This document shows positions 37,399 to 45,787 of a DNA stretch of 64,000 nucleotides, piece after piece. The stretch covers positions 2,408,882 through 2,472,881 of the forward strand of contig OY970173.1 of assembly GCA_963707635.1 (NCBI GenBank), in the 5' to 3' direction. How positions within the stretch are numbered: position 1 is the stretch's first letter; every line of letters starts with the position of its first letter. Origin of the DNA: Candidatus Latescibacterota bacterium (lineage in GTDB: Bacteria; Krumholzibacteriota; Krumholzibacteriia; WVZY01; JAKEHA01). The position numbers and the translations under genes are program-made. The notes below the pieces were generated by a model. It was given only the letters and a program-made list of their open reading frames with translations, was not told the DNA's origin and did not search any database.

Positions 37399-39225
37399 AT
37401 GAGAACGACGATCCTTTTCGCCGCCGTCGGTGTCGTCCTCGCGGCGTCCGTCGCACGCGCGCAGATTTCCGTCAACCCGGCCGCATCGACCGCCGGCTCC
37501 GGCGGTCAGTACGCCTACGTCGCGCTCGACCTCGACAACCCGGCGGGGACACCGATCGATGCGTTCGGCTTCCAGATCGCGTATCCGACGAACCTGCTCA
37601 CGTTCCAGTCGATGTCCAGCGCCGCGACGCTGACCCAGGGCTGGTTCGTCGTCTCGGGGTCCGAGAATTCCCCCGGTGTCGTGCAGGTCGGAGGCTTTCA
37701 CTCGACGGCGACCACCGGCACGGGCGTGCTCGTCTACGCGGTGTTCCTGGTGAAACCGAATGCGCTCGGCACCGGCGCCATCGCGCTGTCCGACTTCGTC
37801 GACGACTTCGCCGGTGCCACCACCGTGAACGGTGTCTTCCAGGCGGGTGTCGCGCCCGGCGCCGCGGGGTTGCTCGGACACTACTACGACAACATCAACT
37901 TCACCGGCGCGTTGCTCACCCGCGTCGATCCCGTCGTCAACTTCGACTGGGCCAGCGGCGCACCCGACCCGTCGATGGGAATCAACGATTTCTCGGTTCG
38001 GTGGACGGGCTGGGTACGGCCCGCTTTCACCGAGACCTACACGTTCTACAGCCAGACCGACGACGGCGTACGCGTGTGGGTAAACAACCAGCAGATCATC
38101 AACCACTGGGTCGACCAGTCCGTCACCGAATGGAACGGGAGCATCGCGCTCACCGCCGGAGCGCTGGTGCCGATCACGATGGAGTTCTACGAACGCGGCG
38201 GGACGGCGGTGGCGCGGCTCCTGTGGTCCTCCCCGAGCCTCGCGAAGCAGGTGATTCCCAGTTTGCGACTGCAGGCGACGCCGTGCGCGCAGGGCGTGGG
38301 CGACGTCGATGGAGACGGCCTCCTCGAGACGAGCGACGCCGTCTGCGCGTTCAGCGTGTTCCTGGAAGGCCAGCAACTCGCGCCCGGGTGTGACTATTCG
38401 ACCAACGCGTGCGAGCTCGCCGCCGCCGACGCGAACTGCGACGGCGAGGTGACCCCGGGCGATGCCCAGGCCATCGAGCAGCGGCGCGCGGCCGGCCTTC
38501 CGCCCGCCGCGTGCTTCGCCACCGCGGCGGCGCCGGCCCAACCTCTCCAGCTTGCGCTCACGCAGGATGTGGTCGACGACGCGGGTACGCCGCGCCTTCT
38601 CGTCACGATCGCGGCGCAGGATGCGGCTGGCCTCGACGCCTTCGGCGGCAGACTCGTCTTTCCGGCGGCGGAGCTAACGTTCCAACGCGTCGAGTCCGGG
38701 TATGCCACCCGCGACTGGCTCGCCGTGGACGCGCGAATCGCCGACGCCGGTCAGCTTCGGATCGGCGGGTACGAACCCGTGGTCGCGGCCGAACCCGGCC
38801 CCGCTGTCATCTGCCACCTTTATTTCGACTTCAGCGGCCCGCCCCACGTCGTCGGCGGGCTCGCTTTCTCCGATCTGGTAGACGACTTTGCCGGGGCGAC
38901 GATCGTGGGCACGGTCACCGCGGTGCCGTCGCTCACCGGCGAGTACCGACTGCACCAGAATCGGCCCAACCCGTTCAACCCGTCGACCCAGATCCCATAC
39001 GAGGTGGCGGGCCCCCGCTCGGGAGAACACGTTCGCATCGCCATCTACGACGTGCGTGGGGCACTCATCCGCCTCCTGGTCGACGCCGACCACCCACCCG
39101 GCTCCTACCTCGCCACCTGGGATGGGCGTGCGAACGACGGGGCCGAAGTGTCCTCGGGAGTCTATTTCTGCTCGATGCGGGCGGGAGGGTATGCGCAGTC
39201 GCGTCGGATGGTCCTGCTCAAGTAG
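37399..39225 (+). CDS. 608-aa secreted modular surface protein: cohesin-like, PA14, dockerin-like pair, cohesin-like, T9SS/FlgD-type C-terminal domain
   Basis: - Signal peptide MRTTILFAAVGVVLAASVARAQ.
- Cohesin-like: IDAFGFQIAYPTNLLTFQS...GVVQVGGF...GAIALSDFVDDFAG.
- PA14: FSVRWTGWVRPAFTETYTFYSQTDDGVRVWVNN.
- Dockerin: GDVDGDGLLETSDAV / DANCDGEVTPGDAQ.
- CTD: LHQNRPNPFNPSTQIPYEV...IYDVRGALIRLL...WDGRANDGAEVSSGVYFCSMRAG...RRMVLLK. Confidence 0.8.
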   Translation: MRTTILFAAVGVVLAASVARAQISVNPAASTAGSGGQYAYVALDLDNPAGTPIDAFGFQIAYPTNLLTFQSMSSAATLTQGWFVVSGSENSPGVVQVGGFHSTATTGTGVLVYAVFLVKPNALGTGAIALSDFVDDFAGATTVNGVFQAGVAPGAAGLLGHYYDNINFTGALLTRVDPVVNFDWASGAPDPSMGINDFSVRWTGWVRPAFTETYTFYSQTDDGVRVWVNNQQIINHWVDQSVTEWNGSIALTAGALVPITMEFYERGGTAVARLLWSSPSLAKQVIPSLRLQATPCAQGVGDVDGDGLLETSDAVCAFSVFLEGQQLAPGCDYSTNACELAAADANCDGEVTPGDAQAIEQRRAAGLPPAACFATAAAPAQPLQLALTQDVVDDAGTPRLLVTIAAQDAAGLDAFGGRLVFPAAELTFQRVESGYATRDWLAVDARIADAGQLRIGGYEPVVAAEPGPAVICHLYFDFSGPPHVVGGLAFSDLVDDFAGATIVGTVTAVPSLTGEYRLHQNRPNPFNPSTQIPYEVAGPRSGEHVRIAIYDVRGALIRLLVDADHPPGSYLATWDGRANDGAEVSSGVYFCSMRAGGYAQSRRMVLLK

Positions 39226-39262
39226 GCGCTCGTCTCCGGTCGGGGCGCGGCGGCAAAGAAAA

Positions 39263-39338
39263 TGGTGCGAAGGGACGGAATTGAACCGCCGACACAGGGA
39301 TTTTCAGTCCCTTGCTCTACCAACTGAGCTACCTTCGC
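39263..39338 (-). tRNA. tRNA-Phe (anticodon GAA)
   Basis: Minus strand GCGAAGGTAGCTCAGTTGGTAGAGCAAGGGACTGAAAATCCCTGTGTCGGCGGTTCAATTCCGTCCCTTCGCACCA. Confidence 0.9.
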
Positions 39339-39434
39339 ACCTGGGAATGGGATTCTGGAGCACTGGATCGTAGGAGAACGGGACCGGCCCCGTCAACCGG
39401 AATGCGTTTGGCGCCGCCGGCGCGGGCCCCTCCG

Positions 39435-39473
39435 GCCACAAAGACACGGCGGGGCCCCCGAGGGGGCCCCGCC
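39435..39473 (-). terminator. candidate intrinsic terminator after the cytochrome/porin operon
   Basis: About 12-bp GC stem CGGCGGGGCCCC / GGGGCCCCGCCG (39446-39473), followed on the minus strand by TGTCTTTGTGG. It sits ~40 nt downstream of the stop at 39510. Confidence 0.4.
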
Positions 39474-39509
39474 GCGCGGGAAACCACAATTCACGGATCT
39501 GCGCGTCGT

Positions 39510-40547
39510 CTAGCGCGAGCCCTCTCCTCCGTCTTCCTTGCGCGCCGCAATCGGTGCCGGCGGCGGCGGCGGGTTGTTGTTCAGGTAGTCGATCGCCGAC
39601 AGCAGGAGCCCGCTCATGTACTGGCGGTTGTGCACGCCGATACTCCGGTCCTCCTCGACCAGCAGGAAGTTCCAGATCGCCCCGGCCTCGTCCGAGGTTC
39701 TGGTTCCGGCCGTGGGCAAGCCGGTCGAGGCATTGAGGAAGCCCCGCCCGACGAGGAGGGTGCGCAGCGAATCCACGAGTTCGGCGGTCTCGGTCTGCAC
39801 CCCATCGATGTCAAAGTTGGTCGTGGTGCCGTGGCAAGGCACACAGGCAGCGGTGTTGAGGATCTCGCCCTCCTCGTCCACCCAGCGCATGTTCCAGGTG
39901 TGACCGCCCACCTTGCTGTTCCGCGTGTATTTCATGTGACAGTCCCAGCACCCGTTCTCGGTGGCAGAACGGTGCTCGGTTTGCTGGTACGAGTAGCCCG
40001 CATACTCGTATCCGTTCGAGCCCATGATCATGTCGCCCTGCACGCTGTGGTGGGGACCCCAGCGATTGTTGGCGATGGTGACGGTTCCGCCCTCCACGTA
40101 CGTTTCGACATTCTCGCGTGCGTGGTGGCACGAGGCGCACAGGTTTCCGAAGCCGAGGTCGAACTTGAACCCGTTCTGCAACGCCTGCGTCTCTGTCACG
40201 CGGAGTCTGAAGTCGCCGTTGGTGTGCGGCGCGTGGCAGGTGAAGCAGTGGATTGCGGTGGGGTTATCGACGTTGGCCGGCATCGTCCCGGTTTCGATCC
40301 GCGACACAAACCCCTCGCTGGTATGACACCCGTTGCACGGCGTCGTGCTGCGGTTGGTGTTGAGACTGCTCCCGTGAACGGAATGCTCCCATTGCAAGGT
40401 ATTTGCAATGATCTCCGTGTCCTGGTCCGAGTGACAGTTGAAACACGTTTGTGGAGTGGTGTCCTCGGCCACGGTCGTCACGCTACGGTCACACGCGTAG
40501 AGCGACGCCGCGGCTGCGACACACACCCAGATTCGAAGTTGTTTCAT
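39510..40547 (-). CDS. hexahaem c-type cytochrome lipoprotein (putative outer-surface component of a porin-cytochrome conduit)
   Basis: ATG 40547 preceded by a GGAGGG RBS. MKQLRIWVCVAAAASLYAC carries a lipobox. Six CXXCH motifs: CFNCH, CNGCH, CFTCH, CASCH, CWDCH, CVPCH. Pro-rich C-terminal tail NNNPPPPPAP. Confidence 0.8.
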   Translation of the reverse strand: MKQLRIWVCVAAAASLYACDRSVTTVAEDTTPQTCFNCHSDQDTEIIANTLQWEHSVHGSSLNTNRSTTPCNGCHTSEGFVSRIETGTMPANVDNPTAIHCFTCHAPHTNGDFRLRVTETQALQNGFKFDLGFGNLCASCHHARENVETYVEGGTVTIANNRWGPHHSVQGDMIMGSNGYEYAGYSYQQTEHRSATENGCWDCHMKYTRNSKVGGHTWNMRWVDEEGEILNTAACVPCHGTTTNFDIDGVQTETAELVDSLRTLLVGRGFLNASTGLPTAGTRTSDEAGAIWNFLLVEEDRSIGVHNRQYMSGLLLSAIDYLNNNPPPPPAPIAARKEDGGEGSR

Positions 40548-40588
40548 CGTGGTTTCCCTCCTGCAGCGCCGGCTCATCGCCGGCTGTC

Positions 40589-42181
40589 TCACTCCGTTGA
40601 AAAATCGTATCCGACGTTCAGCCAGACGACGTTCGCCGTGTAGTAGCGAGCGGCGACGAGGTAATCGTCGTAGTTGTAGACGTTGTACTTCGCATCGACG
40701 CTGAAACCCCGCGGAAGCGCGCAGCCGAGGTCGAACGAGAGGATCGACTTGACGATGTCCAGATCGTCGGTGATGCTCACGACGGTGACGCCGGCGCCCG
40801 CCGTGAGCCTGTCGAACACATCCGCGTGGACGCGCCCGGTGACAAAGTCGCTCTTCACGTGGTACCCACCCACGGTGTTGACATAATCGTCATCCGAATA
40901 CTGATAGCTCACTTCCACGTGGGCCGCGTCGAGGCCGGCGTCGCCCGAGAACTCGTGGTCGTAGCGGCCGTAGGCCGAGGCGTAGAAGCCATCCGCCTGC
41001 GAGCCGATATCCGGCATCTCGCGGTTGCGCTCGGCGAGGCGACCGCCCACCGTGATGCCCGTTACGGGTTTGGTTTCGATGCGCGCGTCCCAGCGGTCGT
41101 ACTCGGTGTCGCGCAGGAGCGTCTGGTCCTCTTCGTCTTCCTTGCTGCGCGTCGACCAGGAGAATCGGGCCGAAACCTTGTCCGCGCGCAGTGCGAGGGC
41201 CGCGCGGAGGTTGTCGTACGTGGTCACCGAGCGGTCGTCGTCCCACGCCTCCCAGCCGTACCCGCCCGAGAGCGTCGCGATGCGGTAGCGCACCTCGATG
41301 TCGCCGTCGTGGATATACCGGTTGGTCCGGAGATTCGTCGCCTCGTCGTCGACCTGTCCGCCGTAGAAGCGGTATTTCGCGCGCAGCGCCGGCCACAGCG
41401 CGAGCACGCCCGTGTACTGGATCGTCTCCATGTCGTACCCGAGGCCCGACTCCTTGAGTTCGTTGCGTCCGATCGACGCGCGCACCACGTGGGTGAGTCG
41501 GTCGAAGAACAGGCCCGGGACGTGCAGGTTCGCGGAATACACCCGCCCCTCGCGCTCGTTGAGCGCCGACACGTGGTCGGTCAGATTGGCGACGTCGGCC
41601 GCGATGGTCCCGCCGATGCCGTTGGACGCGCGCATCTGGGCCTCGATGCGGTAACGGTTCAGGTCGAAGTCGTAGGTCGTGCCCAGCGCGCTCTGGACAC
41701 CGGACGGGTACCCGATCCGGTCGCCCTCCCGCGTCTGGAGGCCGTAGTCGGCCGAGAGCCAGATCCACTTCGCCGGGGTGAGCGACAGCGTCGACCAGAA
41801 GTCGCGCCGCATCGCGTCCACCGCGCCCGCCGGGTCGAACACAAAGCGGCTCTCGTCGTAGCGCGACCGGAAGTGCAGCATCCCGGTACGGCGGAAGTCG
41901 AGCGTGCCGTTACGATCGTCGAGGTTGATGTCGTTGAGGTTGAAGCGAAGGTGCGTCTTCGGATTGAATCGGCCCTTGAGGTAGAGCGAGGTGACCGAGT
42001 AGCCCTCGTAGACGTTGAACGTCTCCTGCATCACGCTCTGGTCGCCGACTTCGTCCTTGACGATACCGCCCATGCGGATCCCTCCGTCCCACACCGAGGT
42101 GGAATCGGCCCGGGCGCTCCCCGCGATCAGCATCGCGCTCGCCCATGCAAGGAGAATCAGGATCCGTCTCATGGTCATCAC
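40589..42181 (-). CDS. outer-membrane beta-barrel protein (porin-like partner of the flanking multihaem cytochromes; MtrB/PioB-like role)
   Basis: Signal peptide MMTMRRILILLAWASAMLIAGSARA. 530 aa with pervasive alternating hydrophobic/polar strands rich in Y/R/D/G turns, ending ...NVVWLNVGYDFSTE. No haem or cofactor motif. Only 3 nt from the upstream decahaem gene. Confidence 0.7.
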   Translation of the reverse strand: MMTMRRILILLAWASAMLIAGSARADSTSVWDGGIRMGGIVKDEVGDQSVMQETFNVYEGYSVTSLYLKGRFNPKTHLRFNLNDINLDDRNGTLDFRRTGMLHFRSRYDESRFVFDPAGAVDAMRRDFWSTLSLTPAKWIWLSADYGLQTREGDRIGYPSGVQSALGTTYDFDLNRYRIEAQMRASNGIGGTIAADVANLTDHVSALNEREGRVYSANLHVPGLFFDRLTHVVRASIGRNELKESGLGYDMETIQYTGVLALWPALRAKYRFYGGQVDDEATNLRTNRYIHDGDIEVRYRIATLSGGYGWEAWDDDRSVTTYDNLRAALALRADKVSARFSWSTRSKEDEEDQTLLRDTEYDRWDARIETKPVTGITVGGRLAERNREMPDIGSQADGFYASAYGRYDHEFSGDAGLDAAHVEVSYQYSDDDYVNTVGGYHVKSDFVTGRVHADVFDRLTAGAGVTVVSITDDLDIVKSILSFDLGCALPRGFSVDAKYNVYNYDDYLVAARYYTANVVWLNVGYDFSTE

Positions 42182-42184
42182 CCG

Positions 42185-43138
42185 CTAGAACTGATGGCAC
42201 CCCACCACCGTGCAGCCCTGCGCCGCCAGCGAGGGGTCGAGCAGTTTCGCGTTGTCATACGAGCCGTGGACGTCCACGTGACAATCGTTGCACGGCACAC
42301 CCGCCCACGAGGTGCCATGATTCACGTTGTTCAGGTGCTTGGGCACAGCGTGACACTGCAAACACAACGCGAAGTCCGGCGATTCATAGCTCTGTTTGAG
42401 CAGGCGCGGCTGCGTCGACCCGTGTGCCGCGTGGCAATTCAAGCACCCGCCCTCTTCCGTGGAGTAGTCGACGGCCGCCTGGTGCTCGTACGGGAACGGC
42501 CCCTCGAATTGCGCGTGGCACGTGGTGCAGGTCGTCCCCGGCCCGGTGTAAACGTGCTGCTTGGAGCTCTGCGCCACCGACAGATGGCAGTCGCTGCACG
42601 CCACCACACCCTCCATCACCGGATGGTGGGACGGCATGGCAAAGTCGCCCTGCGCGGACGCGTGGCACGAAAAGCACAGCGTGGGCTGCTCGTCCTTGAG
42701 CAGACCGAGGTGGGCGCTGCTGTGAACCTGGTGACAGCCCGTACAGGAAACGTCCGCGTCCGCGTGCGGATCCCGCTCGAAGAGATTCAGCGTGTGTGGG
42801 TGCTCGTGGCAGGTCGTGCACACCGCCGTCACCGAGTCGGCTCGCATGTGGGCCGGATTGACCGCCGGGTTCTCGTCCGGGTCGTCGAGGTGCTGGTCGG
42901 TCGCCGCGCCGGCGTGGCAGCCCAGGCACGACACGACCTTCCCGGCGGCAGGATCGTGGGGAGTGCCGGCCATGGCGTGCACCTGTGATTCGTGGCAATC
43001 CAAGCACGCCTCGTCGGAAGCTGCATCGGTCTGGGTGGAACGCGCTCCACCGATCGCGAAAACGAACGCGAAACTCAAGAGGATGAGGGCGAAGGCGAAG
43101 ATGGTGCGACGAGGGTGTCTCATTGCAAGTTCTTGCAT
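42185..43138 (-). CDS. periplasmic decahaem c-type cytochrome, MtrA/DmsE/PioA-like
   Basis: Signal/anchor RRTIFAFALILLSFAFVFAIGG. Ten CXXCH motifs (CLDCH, CLGCH, CTTCH, CTGCH, CFSCH, CSDCH, CTTCH, CLNCH, CLQCH, CNDCH) in ~300 aa. CNDCHVDVHGS resembles the MtrA-family C-terminal motif. An extra CTVVGCH lies at the extreme C-terminus. The start may be ATG 43123. Confidence 0.8.
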   Translation of the reverse strand: MQELAMRHPRRTIFAFALILLSFAFVFAIGGARSTQTDAASDEACLDCHESQVHAMAGTPHDPAAGKVVSCLGCHAGAATDQHLDDPDENPAVNPAHMRADSVTAVCTTCHEHPHTLNLFERDPHADADVSCTGCHQVHSSAHLGLLKDEQPTLCFSCHASAQGDFAMPSHHPVMEGVVACSDCHLSVAQSSKQHVYTGPGTTCTTCHAQFEGPFPYEHQAAVDYSTEEGGCLNCHAAHGSTQPRLLKQSYESPDFALCLQCHAVPKHLNNVNHGTSWAGVPCNDCHVDVHGSYDNAKLLDPSLAAQGCTVVGCHQF

Positions 43139-43139
43139 C

Positions 43140-43167
43140 AGTATATTCCGGTCCGATTCTCTGTCAA
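43140..43167 (-). promoter_or_regulatory. candidate sigma70-type promoter TTGACA-N16-TATACT for the decahaem/porin/lipoprotein operon
   Basis: Minus strand TTGACAgagaatcggaccggaaTATACT inside a 199-bp AT-rich spacer. The -10 ends 1 nt before ATG 43138, implying use of ATG 43123 with a very short leader. Confidence 0.35.
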
Positions 43168-43337
43168 TAAACTACTGACTGTCCTGTATAGGTTTGCGTA
43201 GAGTTTCACAAAGAAAAATTGAATCACATATACCCATGACATTATATGCGCGCTGGCATACGGCGATCGAGGCGTGCGCGCTGAGTCGGTCTGCGTCCTG
43301 ACGCCGTCCTTCCCAACCGAAATCGGATCGGACACCG

Positions 43338-44660
43338 TTAGCGTGAATCGAGCTGCCGTATCTTGAGAAACAGCGCGAGCGCGAGGATGGTCGTAAACAG
43401 GGTCGCCATCCCGAACCCGCGCCGGCGCACGTGGAAGTCCTTGATCTGTCGGGCGGCGAGATCGAGGGCTTCGTTCGCCTTGGCGAGACCCTCCGACGTC
43501 TTGGCCCCTACCTTCTCGGGGTCGAACGTGTGCACGAGCGTTCGCGATTCGATCAGGCTCTGGTGCGATTCCTGAAGGAGGAACCCGATGTCGACGTCGT
43601 CCATGCCGATGCGCTGGACTTCGGCCTGACGGTTGAGAGCATCCTCCTGCGCCGCGGAAAGCGACGCGAGACTGACATGGATCTTCCCGGCGGTCTCGAA
43701 ACCGACGTCACCCTCCGAATGGCAATCGATGCAGACCGCGCCGCTGACGTTCCCGACCATGGAATCGGAGGTCTTTTTCACGCCATGGTTGCCGTGACAC
43801 TCCTCACAGCCATGGTAGCCCTCCTCCACGAACGCGCGGCCCATTCGTGACTCGGTGAAATACCGCATATTGTTGGCATGGCATTGTCCGCACACCTGGG
43901 TGATGGACGTGATCCCCGGCGGCGTCGCGCCGTGGTTTCCGTGGCAGTCGTTGCACGCGGGAGCACCGGTATCCTCTTTCTCGAGCAGCGCGACCCCGTG
44001 CACGCTGTGCTTGAACTCCTCGAGCTGATTGGTGGGGATGCCGTAGGGCGCCATGTACTCCGCGTCCCCGTGACACCTCCCGCACGTTGCCGGGACGTTC
44101 ATCGCGTTCACCGTCGATCGAGTGTCGGACGCGGGGAGGATTCCGTGGGCGGTGTGGCAGCTCGTGCAATCCGCGACCTTCTGGTCGTGCTGCTTCAGCT
44201 TGTGTCCGTGCACGGAGGAGGCATACTGGCTCTCCTGGTCGGTCGGAATGCGCGGCTGGTACTGCCGCATGAAGTCGATGTCCGAATGACAGCGACCGCA
44301 GAACGCGGGGATTTGTTCCTTCGAAGGGACGCCCCGAAACCCGGCCGTGGCGCTCATGGCGCGATCCTGATCGTCCTCGGCGGGGTTGCCGCCGTGACAC
44401 CCCGCGCACGACAACCCGGGCTTCATGTGGATGTCGGCCTCGAGGAAGTGCTCGGGCAGATTGTCGTCCTCGGTGTGACACGCGACGCAATGATCGACCG
44501 CGGGTTCCTTCGCCGACACTTCGGCCGCCTCGTCTTTGCGCGCTGCTTCATCTTCTTCGTCGGCCAGACCCGGGCCGACGACGAGGATCGACAGCCCGAG
44601 CCACACCACCACTGTCCACGCCCGCCCGTGGCGGGCCACGGCCGCACGACCGGTCGTCAT
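43338..44660 (-). CDS. membrane-anchored nonahaem c-type cytochrome, co-transcribed with Rieske/cytochrome b (takes the place of cytochrome c1/f)
   Basis: Signal peptide. Nine CXXCH motifs: CVACH, CAGCH, CGRCH, CTSCH, CGRCH, CNDCH, CGQCH, CEECH, CIDCH. Helical C-terminal region and terminal TM helix [22 protein letters not shown] overlap with the cytochrome b stop. Confidence 0.8.
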   Translation of the reverse strand: MTTGRAAVARHGRAWTVVVWLGLSILVVGPGLADEEDEAARKDEAAEVSAKEPAVDHCVACHTEDDNLPEHFLEADIHMKPGLSCAGCHGGNPAEDDQDRAMSATAGFRGVPSKEQIPAFCGRCHSDIDFMRQYQPRIPTDQESQYASSVHGHKLKQHDQKVADCTSCHTAHGILPASDTRSTVNAMNVPATCGRCHGDAEYMAPYGIPTNQLEEFKHSVHGVALLEKEDTGAPACNDCHGNHGATPPGITSITQVCGQCHANNMRYFTESRMGRAFVEEGYHGCEECHGNHGVKKTSDSMVGNVSGAVCIDCHSEGDVGFETAGKIHVSLASLSAAQEDALNRQAEVQRIGMDDVDIGFLLQESHQSLIESRTLVHTFDPEKVGAKTSEGLAKANEALDLAARQIKDFHVRRRGFGMATLFTTILALALFLKIRQLDSR

Positions 44661-45781
44661 ACCAGGTACCCCCAGACGGTCATCGCGATGATGTAGAGGA
44701 TCGCGATCACGCCGACCAGCGTCATGGGCCGCACGCGATCACCCGGCCGGCGCCGGGCCTCCCAGAACGGCACCAACAGCCACGCGAGCGCCAGCAGCCC
44801 GAACCCCAGGATGCCCAGCACCTCTCCTTCCATGAAAAGCACGTGCGCGGGCAGGAGCTTGAGCGTCTGGAACATGAACATGAAATACCACTCCGGGCGG
44901 ATGCCCTTCGGGGCCGACGTGAACGGGTCGGCCTTCTCCCCCAGCTCCCACGGAAAGAAGACGGCCAGAAAAAGGAGCACGTTCAGCACCAGCAGCCATA
45001 GGAGCATGTCGCGCAGGAGAAAGTTCGGAAAGAACGGGATGGTCCTGCGGCGCGCTGGTTCGAGCCGCTGCACGTACTCGGGCTCGTGCATCCCCTGTCT
45101 CTGCACGAACAGGAGATGCGCGAACAGAATGGCCGTGAAGATGGCCGGCAAGAGGGCGATGTGAATGGCGTAGAAACGGGTGAGAGTCGCGCCGGTAACG
45201 TCCTCCCCTCCACGCAGCAGAATCTTGATGGGATTGCCCAGGAGCGGCACCACCCCCGCGATATCGGTCCCCACTTTGGTCGCGAAGAACGCCAGCTGGT
45301 TCCAGGGAAGGAGGTAGCCGGTGAATCCGAACCCGAGCGCAAGGCACATGAGCACGAACCCGGTGACCCAGGTCAGCTCCCGCGGCGCGCGGAACGCCCG
45401 GGTGAAGAACGTGCTGAACATGTGAATGAAGACGAACAAGACCATGAGGTTGGCCGACCAGCTGTGGACCGATCGCATCAGCCAGCCAAACGACACCTTG
45501 GTCGTGATGAAACGCACACTCTCGAAGGCGTTCGCTTCGTCGGGCTTATAGTAGAGAACGAGCAGAATCCCGGACGCCACCTGCACCATGAAAAGGAAGA
45601 GCGCGACACCGCCCATGTAATACCACACGGTGTGGCGGTGGACCGGCACCTGCTTGTGCCGCATGAAATCGATCAGCGGGGTGATGTGGAAGCGATCGTC
45701 GAGCCAGCGGTAGACCCGGCGGGCTGCCCCGACGGGTGCTCGGCGTTGTCGCGTGACCGAGTCTCTGGGTGCGTCAGCCAT
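44657..45781 (-). CDS. cytochrome b (fused b6 plus subunit IV type) of a Rieske/cyt b complex
   Basis: [75 protein letters not shown], then three further C-terminal helices. Confidence 0.9.
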   Translation of the reverse strand: MADAPRDSVTRQRRAPVGAARRVYRWLDDRFHITPLIDFMRHKQVPVHRHTVWYYMGGVALFLFMVQVASGILLVLYYKPDEANAFESVRFITTKVSFGWLMRSVHSWSANLMVLFVFIHMFSTFFTRAFRAPRELTWVTGFVLMCLALGFGFTGYLLPWNQLAFFATKVGTDIAGVVPLLGNPIKILLRGGEDVTGATLTRFYAIHIALLPAIFTAILFAHLLFVQRQGMHEPEYVQRLEPARRRTIPFFPNFLLRDMLLWLLVLNVLLFLAVFFPWELGEKADPFTSAPKGIRPEWYFMFMFQTLKLLPAHVLFMEGEVLGILGFGLLALAWLLVPFWEARRRPGDRVRPMTLVGVIAILYIIAMTVWGYLV

Positions 45782-45787
45782 CGGCGC

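Noticed and set aside
40826-42988. 720-aa plus-strand ORF antisense to the beta-barrel and decahaem genes
   Set aside because: It has off-frame composition (Arg/Val/Ala/His runs). The minus strand has a signal peptide, beta-strand periodicity and ten CXXCH motifs.
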